DNA of 64,000 bases from Candidatus Pacearchaeota archaeon (GCA_017609285.1 JAFCEE010000002.1:8152-72151); one strand, 5' to 3'. Positions 35,871 to 45,866 are shown, numbered from the stretch's first letter. A program made the numbers and translations. Notes: generated from the sequence alone by a model not told the origin.

Positions 35871-36944
35871 ATGGATATCGAAGAAAAGTTAGAATTGATA
35901 AAAGATTTTGCTGAGGAGATAGTTACAGAAGCTGAACTCATAAGATTATTTGAAACTGATGACAAGCTTGTTGCTTATGATGGTTTTGAACCGAGCGGGA
36001 TAGCCCCTATACATTTTGGTTTGTTAAGGGCAACTAATTTGCGGAATATGTTAAAAGCAGGGATTAAATTTAAATTATATCTGGCAGACTATTTTGCTTT
36101 TATTAATAACAAGTTAGGTGGGAATCTGAAAAATATACAAACAGCAGGAAAATATTTTATCGAAGTATGGAAAGCTTGTGGAATTGATACAAAAAAAGTT
36201 GAGATAGTTTGGGCAAGTGAAATTATGGACGATCTTGCATACTGGGACAAGGTTTTGAGAGTTGCTAGAGAAATAAGTTTTAGCAGAACTAAAAAATCTT
36301 TAACAATTGCAGGAAGAAAAGCTACTGACAAGTTGTCAACAGCGCAACTATTTTATCCAAGCATGCAGGTCGCAGATATTTTTCACATGAAAATTGATAT
36401 ATGCCAACTAGGAATGGACCAACGAAGAGCGAATATGCTTGCAAGAGATGTCGCCCCTAAATTAAAATTCAAAAAGCCGGTAGCTGTTCATCATCATATT
36501 TTACTTGGATTGCAGGGATTGCAAAAAAAGGAAACAAAAGAAGAAACATTGATGGCTTCTAAAATGTCAAAATCTGACCCAAGAACCTGCATTTATATGC
36601 ATGATTCTTTAGATGAATTAAAACAAAAATTAAGAAAAGCTTATTGTCCTGAAGGTATTGTAGAAGGGAATCCTGTTTTAGAGTATTTTAAATATATTAT
36701 TTTTAAAAATATGAAGAGCTTGCAAATTGAAAGGCCAAGAAAATATGGAGGGGATATTAATTTTGGTAGCTATACTGATTTGGAAAAAAGTTATAAAGAA
36801 AAAAAGTTACACCCTCTTGACTTGAAGATGAGCTGTGCTGTTGAATTAGACAAATTAATCAAGCCGGTCAGAGCTTATTTTGAGAAGAATAAGAAAGCGA
36901 GAGAATTGTATAATACTGTAAGAAAATATATTATTACACGTTAA
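35871..36944 (+). CDS. tyrS: Tyrosyl-tRNA synthetase, archaeal type
   Basis: 357 aa. 'AYDGFEPSGIAPIHFG' is the HIGH-region equivalent and 'KMSKS' is present. 'RKAYCPEGIVEGNPVLEYFKY' and 'RPRKYGGDINFGSYTDLEKSYKEKKLHPLDLK' align closely with the M. jannaschii TyrRS sequence as I recall it. Confidence 0.9.
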   Translation: MDIEEKLELIKDFAEEIVTEAELIRLFETDDKLVAYDGFEPSGIAPIHFGLLRATNLRNMLKAGIKFKLYLADYFAFINNKLGGNLKNIQTAGKYFIEVWKACGIDTKKVEIVWASEIMDDLAYWDKVLRVAREISFSRTKKSLTIAGRKATDKLSTAQLFYPSMQVADIFHMKIDICQLGMDQRRANMLARDVAPKLKFKKPVAVHHHILLGLQGLQKKETKEETLMASKMSKSDPRTCIYMHDSLDELKQKLRKAYCPEGIVEGNPVLEYFKYIIFKNMKSLQIERPRKYGGDINFGSYTDLEKSYKEKKLHPLDLKMSCAVELDKLIKPVRAYFEKNKKARELYNTVRKYIITR

Positions 36945-37849
36945 TTTGTATAAAACTCCACAACATCTTTATCTTTAAGCTGATGTTTTAATCCAACTTT
37001 TTGATTCGGAAATTTGCTTGAGGGGCCAGTTATTCTTACTTCTTTAATTTTAATCCCTTTTTTAAAAATTTTTTCTGCTAATTGCCCTATTGTCGAGTTC
37101 GCAGGCATAATTATTGGTGTTTTGTCTACAGCTTTTCCTGGCTCTTTTGTATACACTCTTATTACTTCAGAATTTTCAAACAAAATTGATTTTAAATTCT
37201 CGAGCCCTTCAGAAGTTTTGCAAGAGACTAAACAACAAGGAAATCTTTTGGTTTTTATTCTCGCTTCAAATTTTCTTTTCTCTTCTTGGCTTAATAAATC
37301 TATTTTGTTTATCACAACTATTTTCTTGCCTATTGATTTTTCAAGAAAAGGTAGAGTTTCTTCTAATTCTTCTGGCTTTGTTATTACAACGAGAAGAATA
37401 TCTGCTGTATTGGCTAAACCTTGCTCAAAATTTTCATGATTTATTGCAGGCATATCTATTATCTGGAACAAAAGGCCTTGATAATTCAATGCCCCCAGAA
37501 TAGGCTTTTTTGTTGTAAATTCATATTCTGCAATTAGGGGTTTTGCATTTGTGAGTATAGAAAGTAAAGAAGATTTTCCTGAATTGGTTAAACCACAAAG
37601 AACAACCTGTATTCCCTGCTTTTTAATCCCTTCTTTTTTTCTTATTTTTTTCTGTCTTTCTTTTTTTTCTAAATATTGTCTTAATTTTTTAAATCTCTGC
37701 CTTATATTTGCTCTTAAGGCTTCAGCTCCTTTGTGTTGAGGCATGAATTTTATCATTTCTTTTAATGCCCCTAATCTTTCTTCATCTGTTTTTGCTTCTA
37801 AGTATTTGCTTTGAGCTTTACTAAATTCTGGAGATACATTAGTTGGCAT
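36941..37849 (-). CDS. OBG/DRG-family GTPase with C-terminal TGS domain
   Basis: 302 aa. G1 is 'GLTNSGKSSLL' and G4 is 'NKID'. The TGS-like C-terminus is 'IRVYTKEPGK...PIIMPANSTIGQLAEKI...KVGLKHQLKDKDVVEF'. Confidence 0.8.
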   Translation of the reverse strand: MPTNVSPEFSKAQSKYLEAKTDEERLGALKEMIKFMPQHKGAEALRANIRQRFKKLRQYLEKKERQKKIRKKEGIKKQGIQVVLCGLTNSGKSSLLSILTNAKPLIAEYEFTTKKPILGALNYQGLLFQIIDMPAINHENFEQGLANTADILLVVITKPEELEETLPFLEKSIGKKIVVINKIDLLSQEEKRKFEARIKTKRFPCCLVSCKTSEGLENLKSILFENSEVIRVYTKEPGKAVDKTPIIMPANSTIGQLAEKIFKKGIKIKEVRITGPSSKFPNQKVGLKHQLKDKDVVEFYTN

Positions 37850-37879
37850 AATCTTAAAAGAAAAGAGAAATTTATAAAA

Positions 37880-38416
37880 CTAATCAACCAATAAAGAAGC
37901 TTTTCTTTTACTAATTTTTCCAGAAACAAGCTCCTCTAATGTTTTTTGTCGATATAGGTAATTTGCAAGACTGTCTGCGAGGAGAGTTATATGATTTGTT
38001 TTTTGATATTTTCCCCTTCTGCTTTTGATTAGGGGTCGCACTTCTACACATAGAAAAGTGAGATTTAAAGTTTTGGTTATTATCTCCTTTATTTCCTCTC
38101 TTTCTTTCCTTCTTAATTCTCCATCTACAAAAATTTCTAAGAAATTTTCTTGAGGATTTAATGCAGTTATGAGAGAAGTTGCCGTATAAACTTTAATTTC
38201 ATGTGGACCGAAATTTTTATAATCCGTTTCAGAAACAATAAGATATCTCCAATTTCTTTTTGCTAATCTTGCGAAAAGCGAAGGAGGCTTTATCCTCTCA
38301 TAAAAATTGATTGAAGTATCTGAGGGAAAATGAGAATAAACACCAACAAAAATTTCTGGAAACCTTCCATGATTAGATTCATCTATTCCAATATAAGCTG
38401 TCCCTTCTTTTTGCAT
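37880..38416 (-). CDS. Hypothetical protein, DUF3800-like
   Basis: 178 aa. N-terminal 'YIGIDESNHG' and C-terminal 'LLADSLANYLYR' resemble the DUF3800 pattern. The call is tentative. Confidence 0.35.
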   Translation of the reverse strand: MQKEGTAYIGIDESNHGRFPEIFVGVYSHFPSDTSINFYERIKPPSLFARLAKRNWRYLIVSETDYKNFGPHEIKVYTATSLITALNPQENFLEIFVDGELRRKEREEIKEIITKTLNLTFLCVEVRPLIKSRRGKYQKTNHITLLADSLANYLYRQKTLEELVSGKISKRKASLLVD

Positions 38417-38477
38417 TAACTTTTTTAATTAAATCAGTTATAAAAATCTTTTTAAGTTAGTTTTTTATTAAGTGTTA

Positions 38478-39005
38478 ATGTTAGAAAAAAATTTCTTTGA
38501 AAGAAAAGCTGAAATTGTGGCAAGAGAGTTGTTGGGGAAGGTTATAGTTAGGAATCTTGGTAAAGAAAAATTAAAAGCGAAGATAGTTGAGACAGAGGCT
38601 TATTATGATGAAACAGATCCTGCATCAAGAGCACGCCAAAATGGAAATTTAAGAAGAACAATGCAAGATGAAGCAGGAACGATTTTAGTTTATGGTGTCC
38701 ATAACAATTGGCTCATCAATTTTGTTACAGGCAAGAAAGGAAAAGCAGAAGCTGTTTTATTAAGAGCAGTTGAGCCATTAAATTTTAAAGCAAAAACTAA
38801 TGGACCTGGTTTATTATGTAAGGCTTTAAAGATAGATAAGAGTTTTCATGACAAAGATGTTTTTGATATTAAGGATTTATGGTTAGAAGATTCAAAGAAC
38901 GAAAAATTAGAGATAACAGAAGCGAAGAGAATTGGAGTTAGAGAAGATTTAGAAAAACCTTTGAGGTTTTATATTAAGGATAATAATTGGGTAAGTAGGA
39001 AATGA
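38478..39005 (+). CDS. DNA-3-methyladenine (alkylpurine) glycosylase, AAG/Mpg family
   Basis: 'VARELLGK', 'AKIVETEAYYDETDPAS', 'GTILVYGVHNNWLINFVTG', 'AVLLRAVEPL' and 'NGPGLLCKALKID'. The ATG is at 38478; the track start is a GTG at 38472. Confidence 0.85.
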   Translation: MLEKNFFERKAEIVARELLGKVIVRNLGKEKLKAKIVETEAYYDETDPASRARQNGNLRRTMQDEAGTILVYGVHNNWLINFVTGKKGKAEAVLLRAVEPLNFKAKTNGPGLLCKALKIDKSFHDKDVFDIKDLWLEDSKNEKLEITEAKRIGVREDLEKPLRFYIKDNNWVSRK

Positions 39006-39676
39006 AAGGAAAGAAAAAAGCTGCCGTATTATTCACAGGAGGCAAGGATAGCTGTTTAGCTTTGTATAAAGTTAGGGAAAAGTATAAAGTTAAATTTCTC
39101 CTTATAATTTTACCAAAAAATCCTGATTCATATATGTTCCATAAACCAAACCAAGAATTATTAGAAAAACAAGCAGAAATGTTAGGTCTGCCATTAATTG
39201 CAAAAGAAAGTAAAGGTGAGAAGGAAAAAGAATTAAAGGATTTAGAAAAATTATTGGAATTAATTAAAAGCGAAATTAGTATTGTTGTTGTTGGTGGAAT
39301 TGCTAGTTCATATCAAGGGAAAAGAATAGAAAGAATATGTAAAAAATTAGGATTAAAATTTTATGCTCCTTTGTGGGATTATTCTCCCGATAAAATATGG
39401 AACGAATTATTAAGGAAAAAATTTAAAGTTATTTTAACTAAAATAAGTTGTGAGGGTTTAGGAAAAGAGTGGTTAGGAAAAATTATAGATAAAGAAAAAT
39501 TAGAAAAGCTTAAAGAATTAAGTAAAAAATATAAATTTAGATTAGATTTTGAAGGTGGGGATGCAGAAACATCTGTTTTATATATGCCTGGTTTTAAAAA
39601 AGAAATAAAAATTAAATATAATGTGGAAAGCGAGGGAAGATATACGCATTTTTTGAAAGTAAATAAAATAGGATGA
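39002..39676 (+). CDS. PP-loop ATPase, diphthine-ammonia ligase (Dph6/MJ0570)-like
   Basis: 224 aa. 'AVLFTGGKDSCLAL' is the PP-loop. The layout is DUF71-type. Confidence 0.7.
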   Translation: MKGKKKAAVLFTGGKDSCLALYKVREKYKVKFLLIILPKNPDSYMFHKPNQELLEKQAEMLGLPLIAKESKGEKEKELKDLEKLLELIKSEISIVVVGGIASSYQGKRIERICKKLGLKFYAPLWDYSPDKIWNELLRKKFKVILTKISCEGLGKEWLGKIIDKEKLEKLKELSKKYKFRLDFEGGDAETSVLYMPGFKKEIKIKYNVESEGRYTHFLKVNKIG

Positions 39677-39679
39677 AGA

Positions 39680-40867
39680 ATGAAAGCAGAATTTTATAAA
39701 GAAAAAATGAATAATGGTATAACGATATTATTTGAAAAAAGAAAACAAAATGTTGTTTCTGTTTCTTCAAGTGTTAAGGAAGGTTCAGCTTTTGAAACTG
39801 AGAAAGAAAAAGGAATAAGTCATTTTATCGAGCATTTAATGTTTAAAGGAACTAAGACAAGAAGTTATAAAGAAATAGCAGAGGAGATTGAGAAAAAAGG
39901 AGGTATTTTAAACGCTTTTACTGCAGAGGAATTTACAAGTTATTGGGCAAAATTACCTAAAAAACATTTTTCGATAGGTTCGGATATAGTTAGGGATTTA
40001 ATTCTAAATCCTAAGTTTGATAAAAAAGAATTTGAAAAAGAAAAAAGAGTTATTTTAGAAGAAATTAAGATGTATCATGACAATCCTGCTTTGTACGTGA
40101 TTGATAAAATTAAATCTTTAGTTTATAAAAAACCTTTCGGTTTGTCTGCCTTAGGGGGTGAGAAAAACATAATTGGTTTAACTAGAGATAAAGTAAAAGA
40201 TTACTTTGAAAAAAAATACACAACAAACAAAATGATTTTTTGCGTTGTCGGAAATACAGATTTTGAAGATGTTAAAAAAGAAGCTGAAAAATTTCCAAAG
40301 AAAACTGCACGCGAGGAAGAATTAAAAGCAGAGAGAATTGGCAGGAGAAATGTTATTGAATTTAGGAAAGGGTTAAAACAGGCACATCTTGTTATTGGCA
40401 TACCTTTTGATATTAAAGATAGGTATGCTTTTGATATTTTTAATACTTATCTTGCTTATGGAATGTCTTCAAAATTATTTGAAGAGATAAGGGAAAAAAG
40501 AGGTTTAGCTTATCATATTAGAGGGAACATAGAATGTGGCAAGGGATATAGTTATCAAGTAATTTATATAGGAACAACAAAAGAAAAAGTTAAGTTATGT
40601 AAAGATATTGTTTTGAAGGAAATTAGAAAAATAAAAAAACTTGAAAAAAAGGATTTTGATGAAGTTAAAGAGCAGTTAATTGGTTTAAGAGATATTGCAA
40701 TTGAAAATAGTGAAGAAGTTATGACTGCTTTAGTTAACGAGGAAATCCTTGGAAATGCTTATGATTTTTATAAATACGAAGATTTTATCATGGATGTAAA
40801 ATTAAGCGAGATAAGAAAGATAGGAAAAATTAAGAATTTTAGTTTTCTAACTTTAATCCCAAAATAA
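39680..40867 (+). CDS. M16 (pitrilysin) family zinc peptidase
   Basis: 395 aa with the inverted zinc motif HxxEH in 'GISHFIEHLMFKGT'. Confidence 0.85.
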   Translation: MKAEFYKEKMNNGITILFEKRKQNVVSVSSSVKEGSAFETEKEKGISHFIEHLMFKGTKTRSYKEIAEEIEKKGGILNAFTAEEFTSYWAKLPKKHFSIGSDIVRDLILNPKFDKKEFEKEKRVILEEIKMYHDNPALYVIDKIKSLVYKKPFGLSALGGEKNIIGLTRDKVKDYFEKKYTTNKMIFCVVGNTDFEDVKKEAEKFPKKTAREEELKAERIGRRNVIEFRKGLKQAHLVIGIPFDIKDRYAFDIFNTYLAYGMSSKLFEEIREKRGLAYHIRGNIECGKGYSYQVIYIGTTKEKVKLCKDIVLKEIRKIKKLEKKDFDEVKEQLIGLRDIAIENSEEVMTALVNEEILGNAYDFYKYEDFIMDVKLSEIRKIGKIKNFSFLTLIPK

Positions 40868-40886
40868 AAAATAAAAAAAATAAATT

Positions 40887-41051
40887 TTAACTAGATTTGT
40901 AGTTCCTTACAAGCTTGCCTATACCTATCGCTAAGACTGCCAAAGCTACAACCCAATTAAACCAAGTTCCACTAAATGTATCTGGTATGAGTTGTTCAAG
41001 TACAAGCAAGATACCAATTAAAGTAACAAGCCATGCAGTTAATTTTGCCAT
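40887..41051 (-). CDS. Unannotated 54-aa two-helix membrane protein
   Basis: Not in the track. It encodes 'MAKLTAWLVTLIGILLVLEQLIPDTFSGTWFNWVVALAVLAIGIGKLVRNYKSS'. A strong SD (AAGGAGGT) lies 7 nt upstream of the ATG. Confidence 0.6.
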   Translation of the reverse strand: MAKLTAWLVTLIGILLVLEQLIPDTFSGTWFNWVVALAVLAIGIGKLVRNYKSS

Positions 41052-41126
41052 TTTTTTACCTCCTTTTATTTTTTAATTTATTTTTAAAAGAAAAAGTTAT
41101 TTAAATATCTTTCCTTTACCGGGAAT

Positions 41127-41933
41127 ATGTTAATTGTTAAAGTTCCAGGTTTAAATTCTTTGAATAGAAATGCAGGCTGTAGAAATGCTGGAAATGCTAT
41201 ACTTGAAAAGTTAAATGAGATTTATAGTAATGAAAAAAAGAAAATCATAGATAAAAAATCGTTAAATATAGAAGAAATACATCTTGATAACAATAATTTA
41301 GATGAACAGGAAAAACTAATTTATAAAAATTCAAGAGATATTTTAGAAGAGCAAGATAAAGTTATCTTTTTAGGGGGAGACCATAGTATTAGTTATAGTA
41401 TCGGAAAAGCTTTTTTTGATTATTGTAAAAAGAATTCAAAAAAGCCTTGCCTGATTGTTTTTGATGCTCATGCTGATTGTATGCCTGTTATGAAAAATCC
41501 CACACATGAAGAGTGGTTAAGAGCTTTGATAGAAAAAGGTTTTCCTGCTGAAAATGTTTTATTGGTTGGAGCGAGAAATTTAGAAAAAGAGGAAATTGAA
41601 TTTTTGTCTGAAAATAAAATTAAACAAATTGGTATGGATAAATTGATGTTAAATTTAGAAGAACTTACTGATACAATAATGGAGTTTGCATTTGGAAAAG
41701 AACTGTATGTGAGTTTTGATATAGATGTTGTTGATCCGGCATTTGCTCCTTCTACTGGTTATAAAGAGGTAGGGGGATTAACATCAGGACAAGCTCTCTA
41801 TATTTTATTGAGAATGAATAAGATGAAAAATCTAAAAGTTTTTGATTTAGTAGAGGTTAATAGTGAAAATGACAAGAAAAAAGATAGTATGACTGTTAAG
41901 TTAGCTAGTAAGTTATTGGCAGAGTTATTATAA
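41127..41933 (+). CDS. Ureohydrolase (arginase/agmatinase) family protein
   Basis: 268 aa. 'GGDHSISY', 'FDAHADC' and 'SFDIDVVDPAFAPSTG'. Confidence 0.8.
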   Translation: MLIVKVPGLNSLNRNAGCRNAGNAILEKLNEIYSNEKKKIIDKKSLNIEEIHLDNNNLDEQEKLIYKNSRDILEEQDKVIFLGGDHSISYSIGKAFFDYCKKNSKKPCLIVFDAHADCMPVMKNPTHEEWLRALIEKGFPAENVLLVGARNLEKEEIEFLSENKIKQIGMDKLMLNLEELTDTIMEFAFGKELYVSFDIDVVDPAFAPSTGYKEVGGLTSGQALYILLRMNKMKNLKVFDLVEVNSENDKKKDSMTVKLASKLLAELL

Positions 41934-41975
41934 TTAGACTTTTAAATAAATGTTATTTAAAACAAAAAGGGAAAA

Positions 41976-42590
41976 ATGAAAATTAATAGGGTAATTGGTT
42001 GTCTTATAATTTCAGATATTTTGATATTGTCAGCTTTTGGTTTAATCCTGCCTATTTTCGCTATTTTTGTTAAAGAGAGAGTTGCAGGAGGGAGTATTTT
42101 AGCAGCAGGAATCGCAAGCTCTATATATTTATTAACTAAGTCTATAGTTCAACTACCTCTTTCTCTCTATGTAGACACAAAAAGAAAAAAACTTTCTTTT
42201 ATTTTGTTTGGAACTTTTTTAGTTGTCTTAGTGCCTTTGATTTATGCTTTTTCCCCTAATATTAAGTTTATTTTTGCTGCTCAGTTTATTTATGGTGTTG
42301 GGGCTGCAACTTTATATCCTGCATGGCTTGCTCTTTTTACTATGAATGTTGACAGAAAACATAGAGGCTTTGAGTGGTCTTTGTGGTCTACAGGAGTCGG
42401 CTTAGGGACAGCTATGGCAGCTTATGTAGGGGCAAGATTAGTAGGAGTAATTGGTTTTAAGAATTTGTTTTTTGTTGTTTCTGGCATGTCTTTTATTGGC
42501 ATGCTTGTATTGTTTTTGATAAGTAAAAAAAATCTGGGGGATGTTCAAAAAGTAGGGAAAATTTTCCTTTCTAAAACAAATAAAAGATAA
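41976..42590 (+). CDS. MFS-like transporter, half-size (about 6 TM)
   Basis: 204 aa. It has six hydrophobic helices and a TM2-3 loop 'YVDTKRKK' that resembles MFS motif A. No second half follows. Confidence 0.5.
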   Translation: MKINRVIGCLIISDILILSAFGLILPIFAIFVKERVAGGSILAAGIASSIYLLTKSIVQLPLSLYVDTKRKKLSFILFGTFLVVLVPLIYAFSPNIKFIFAAQFIYGVGAATLYPAWLALFTMNVDRKHRGFEWSLWSTGVGLGTAMAAYVGARLVGVIGFKNLFFVVSGMSFIGMLVLFLISKKNLGDVQKVGKIFLSKTNKR

Positions 42591-42597
42591 ATAAAAA

Positions 42598-43140
42598 ATG
42601 AAAAGATGTTTTATTTCTATAGAGATTCCTGAAAAAATTAAAGAGGATATGAAAAAAATTCAAAATCAGTTGCCAGAATTTAAAGGTAAGAAAACTAAGA
42701 TAGGAAACTTACATTTAACTTTAAAATTTTTAGGAGAAATCAATGATGAGAAAATAGAAAGAGTAAAAGAAAAGTTAGAGGAAATTAAATTCGAAAAATT
42801 TAAAATTAAGATAAATAAAGTTGGAGTTTTTTCTGAGAAGTTTATAAAAATTGTGTGGTTGGGTGTTGGTGAGGAAGATGAGGAAAGCAAGAAATTATGG
42901 AACCTACAAAAAGAAATAGATGAAAAGTTAGAAAAGGTATGTGAAAAAGAGAAGAGATTTATGGGACATATTACTATTGCGAGAGTTAAAAATTTGAGAA
43001 ACAAAAAAGAATTTTTAGATAAACTTAAAAAAATTAAAGTTAATCTCGAATTTCAGATTAGAGGGTTTAGATTAAGGTTTTCTGTTTTAAAACCAGAAGG
43101 ACCAGAGTATAAAGATATAGAGATTTATAATCTGACATAA
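42598..43140 (+). CDS. thpR: RNA 2',3'-cyclic phosphodiesterase (2H family, ThpR/LigT)
   Basis: 180 aa with two HxT/S motifs, 'HLTLKFLGE' and 'HITIARV'. Confidence 0.85.
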   Translation: MKRCFISIEIPEKIKEDMKKIQNQLPEFKGKKTKIGNLHLTLKFLGEINDEKIERVKEKLEEIKFEKFKIKINKVGVFSEKFIKIVWLGVGEEDEESKKLWNLQKEIDEKLEKVCEKEKRFMGHITIARVKNLRNKKEFLDKLKKIKVNLEFQIRGFRLRFSVLKPEGPEYKDIEIYNLT

Positions 43141-43260
43141 TTAAAGAAAAAAAGAAATACACTATTAAAAAGATAATTCATACTTATATATTTTTCTTTT
43201 TGAAAATATGTTTTTTATTGCAAGTTTATTTATAAGTTATATTTATTTTAAATTATTTTG

Positions 43261-43650
43261 ATGGGAAAAGACGGAAAAGAAAATTTTTATAAAATAAGGG
43301 TTATTGTTGAGAGCTTTGTTAGAAATGCTTTAGTTTTATCTAAAGATTATCCAAGTGTTTCTGAATTTGATAGGCAGTGGTATGAGAGAGTTTCTAAAGA
43401 TACCGGTTTAAGTGTAGAAGAAGCAAAAAGAATTCATCATCCAGTATATTGGTATCTCATATCTTCTAATAATAGAGAATCTCCTTTAGAGTATGTGCAG
43501 GCAACAAAGCATGGTGAGAAAGATAGGATATGTTTTAGAGGTAGTTTGAATGAAGAGGATAATTTAATTAAAAAACTGACAGATGTTATATTGGTTAGGC
43601 ATGGTGTATGTTTAGAATCAAAATTCAATAATCTTCGTCAACAAGTTTGA
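43261..43650 (+). CDS. Hypothetical protein
   Basis: About 129 aa from ATG 43261. No family was recognised. Its 3' end overlaps the convergent XPF gene by 26 nt. Confidence 0.45.
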   Translation: MGKDGKENFYKIRVIVESFVRNALVLSKDYPSVSEFDRQWYERVSKDTGLSVEEAKRIHHPVYWYLISSNNRESPLEYVQATKHGEKDRICFRGSLNEEDNLIKKLTDVILVRHGVCLESKFNNLRQQV

Positions 43651-44290
43651 AAATTTCAGCTTTTTTACCTATTTCGGCTTTTAATTCTTTTACATCTTGT
43701 TTAATTATGCTTTTTATTGTTTTATATTTCTTTAATAATTTTTTTGCTGTTTTTGGACCTATTCCTGGAAAACCTTCTAGGATATACTGCAGGGTTTCTT
43801 TTTTATCAAGTGTTTTTTTTCTTGCTCTTATCCCCATATCTTTTCCTTGTTTTTTTGTAAGTAAGAAGAGAAAAGTGGCTGTGTCTTCATAATCTTTTGT
43901 GTAAATTATAGGTACCTTATATTTGAGCAATATATCAAGTAAAAACCCACGAATAGCATTCCCATGAATCCCAGAAGGTTCGTCGTTATAAAGTTCTCTT
44001 TCTTCTATGCCCTCAATTATTAGAAGGTAATTAGGATATTGTTTTATCTCTTCGAGTTGTTTTATTAACCTTTTATTAATCATACTATTAAGAAAATCTG
44101 AGACAGTTTTTCTTTCTATAGCTACATCTTTAATAATAAAATCCGCAACTTTTAAATGCTCAAATCCTATTTTTACTCCCAAAGATATTAATTCGGATAT
44201 TACAAGAGAGTTTTTTTCATGTATGTCTGCTATTATTTTAGGCTTTATACTTTTCTTTACTCTCTTTTCTGAAAATATATCTTCAAACAT
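43625..44290 (-). CDS. XPF/ERCC4-type nuclease with (HhH)2 domain (Hef nuclease half)
   Basis: 221 aa. 'IIADIHE', 'VAIERKTVSDFLNS' (ERK motif) and C-terminal HhH 'GFPGIGPKTAKKLL'. Confidence 0.85.
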   Translation of the reverse strand: MFEDIFSEKRVKKSIKPKIIADIHEKNSLVISELISLGVKIGFEHLKVADFIIKDVAIERKTVSDFLNSMINKRLIKQLEEIKQYPNYLLIIEGIEERELYNDEPSGIHGNAIRGFLLDILLKYKVPIIYTKDYEDTATFLFLLTKKQGKDMGIRARKKTLDKKETLQYILEGFPGIGPKTAKKLLKKYKTIKSIIKQDVKELKAEIGKKAEIFKLVDEDY

Positions 44291-44291
44291 T

Positions 44292-45866
44292 TTAAAACAA
44301 TGTTTTCTGTTTCCCTGCAGTTTTTTTATTTTCTAAATTTTCTTTGATATGATTTATTGCTTTATACATTTTCTTTTCTTTATGGAAGGCTGCCCAATAA
44401 TAAGCTTCATCTCTTGTACCTTTTGTTATTAGAATTATAAGTTTACCTTTTTGCAATCTAGCAGTACGACCTCGACGTTGAATTTGTCTTATTGCCGAGG
44501 GAATTGGTTCATAAAAAATTACAGTTGAAACTTCAGGTATGTCAAGCCCCTCTTCTCCTATTGAAGTACATACAAGACAATTTACTTTCCCTAATGAAAA
44601 TTCCCTTATTAATTCCCTCTGTTCTTTTTGACTTAATCCTGTTTCTTCTTTTCCCATCCTTGATTTTTTTGCTTGTCCGACAAAAACTCTCGCATTTATT
44701 CTAGGAATAGAATTTAGTTCTTTGCAGATTTTTGTTACTGTATCTCTATACTGGGCAAAGACTATAATTTTAATTTTTTTATTCTTTTTTGATTCTTTTT
44801 CTACAATCTCTTTTAGCTTTAAAAGTTTGGGATGTTCCTGTTTCTTCGCGAATAAGTAAAGAAGTTTAGTGTGAGCAAGATTAAATTCTTTTTGTTTTAC
44901 AAGTTGTTTAACTGCTTTACTCTTTCCCTGTTTTGCTTGATCAAATAGATTCTGTATATATGAGAGTAAAGATGAAAGAGTCTGTGTTTCAAGTAACTCA
45001 AGAGCATGTTGTAGCTTAATAGTTATTGCAACAACAGAAGCCCCTGCAAGAACATTAAAATGTTTATTTCCAGTAGCAATTACCCTTGTTATCTTTTTTT
45101 GAAGAGAAAGCAAGTTTTTTTTAGTTGGTCTTTCAAAAAGTAATTTACGATTTTTTAGTTCTCCTATTTTCCTATCAAAAATTTTCTTGAATAGGCCTTT
45201 AATTTCTTTTAATTCGGGAGGAAATTCTACTTTAATTATTTCAAATTCTAATTTTTGTAAATATTTTTTCACATCTTCGCTTTCTCTTGTTCTTATTTCC
45301 ACAGCTTCTATGTTCAGATTTTCACAAATTTTTCTTATTTTTTCTTGTTCGTGTCCTGGGGAAGCTGTTAAGCCAAGGATTCTGGGATGTTTAGCTTGCT
45401 CCAAATATTTTCTTGCAACAAAAGTGTAAGAGTAATTTTTGATACATCTGTGGCATTCGTCTTCAATTAAAAGAGACACATCTTCTAACGTGTAAATGGA
45501 ATTTTTTAAGTCATTAGCTATACATTGTGGTGTTGAGAAGACTATTTCAGCTGACCGCCATATTTTCATCCTTTTTTTTGCAGGGGTTTTTCCAGTAAAT
45601 AATTCAAGAGAAGAAAATAATTCTGGCAAATGTTTTTTAAAGTAGTTGAAGTGTTGTTCTGCTAGAGGTCTTGTGGGAGCAAGAAAAAGTATTCTTTCTT
45701 CAGGATATTTAATTAGCCTGTTTATAGTTAGCATTAAAGCAATTAAAGTTTTTCCCAAACCTGTTGGCAAGACTACTAAACAATTTTTTTCTTTACAAGT
45801 ATCATAAACATCTTGCTGATACTTACGAGGTTCTATATCTTTAAGATATTTTTTTATGTTCTCCAT
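44292..45866 (-). CDS. Hef/FANCM-type SF2 helicase (Hef helicase half)
   Basis: 524 aa. 'PTGLGKTLIA', 'IEDECHR', 'TASPG', 'VCTSIGEEGLDIPE' and 'QRRGRTAR'. Confidence 0.85.
   Translation of the reverse strand: MENIKKYLKDIEPRKYQQDVYDTCKEKNCLVVLPTGLGKTLIALMLTINRLIKYPEERILFLAPTRPLAEQHFNYFKKHLPELFSSLELFTGKTPAKKRMKIWRSAEIVFSTPQCIANDLKNSIYTLEDVSLLIEDECHRCIKNYSYTFVARKYLEQAKHPRILGLTASPGHEQEKIRKICENLNIEAVEIRTRESEDVKKYLQKLEFEIIKVEFPPELKEIKGLFKKIFDRKIGELKNRKLLFERPTKKNLLSLQKKITRVIATGNKHFNVLAGASVVAITIKLQHALELLETQTLSSLLSYIQNLFDQAKQGKSKAVKQLVKQKEFNLAHTKLLYLFAKKQEHPKLLKLKEIVEKESKKNKKIKIIVFAQYRDTVTKICKELNSIPRINARVFVGQAKKSRMGKEETGLSQKEQRELIREFSLGKVNCLVCTSIGEEGLDIPEVSTVIFYEPIPSAIRQIQRRGRTARLQKGKLIILITKGTRDEAYYWAAFHKEKKMYKAINHIKENLENKKTAGKQKTLF

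Noticed and set aside
37014-37503. Two overlapping + strand ORFs (141 and 129 aa)
   Set aside because: Both are antisense to the DRG/TGS GTPase gene, which has clear G motifs. Neither has recognisable features.
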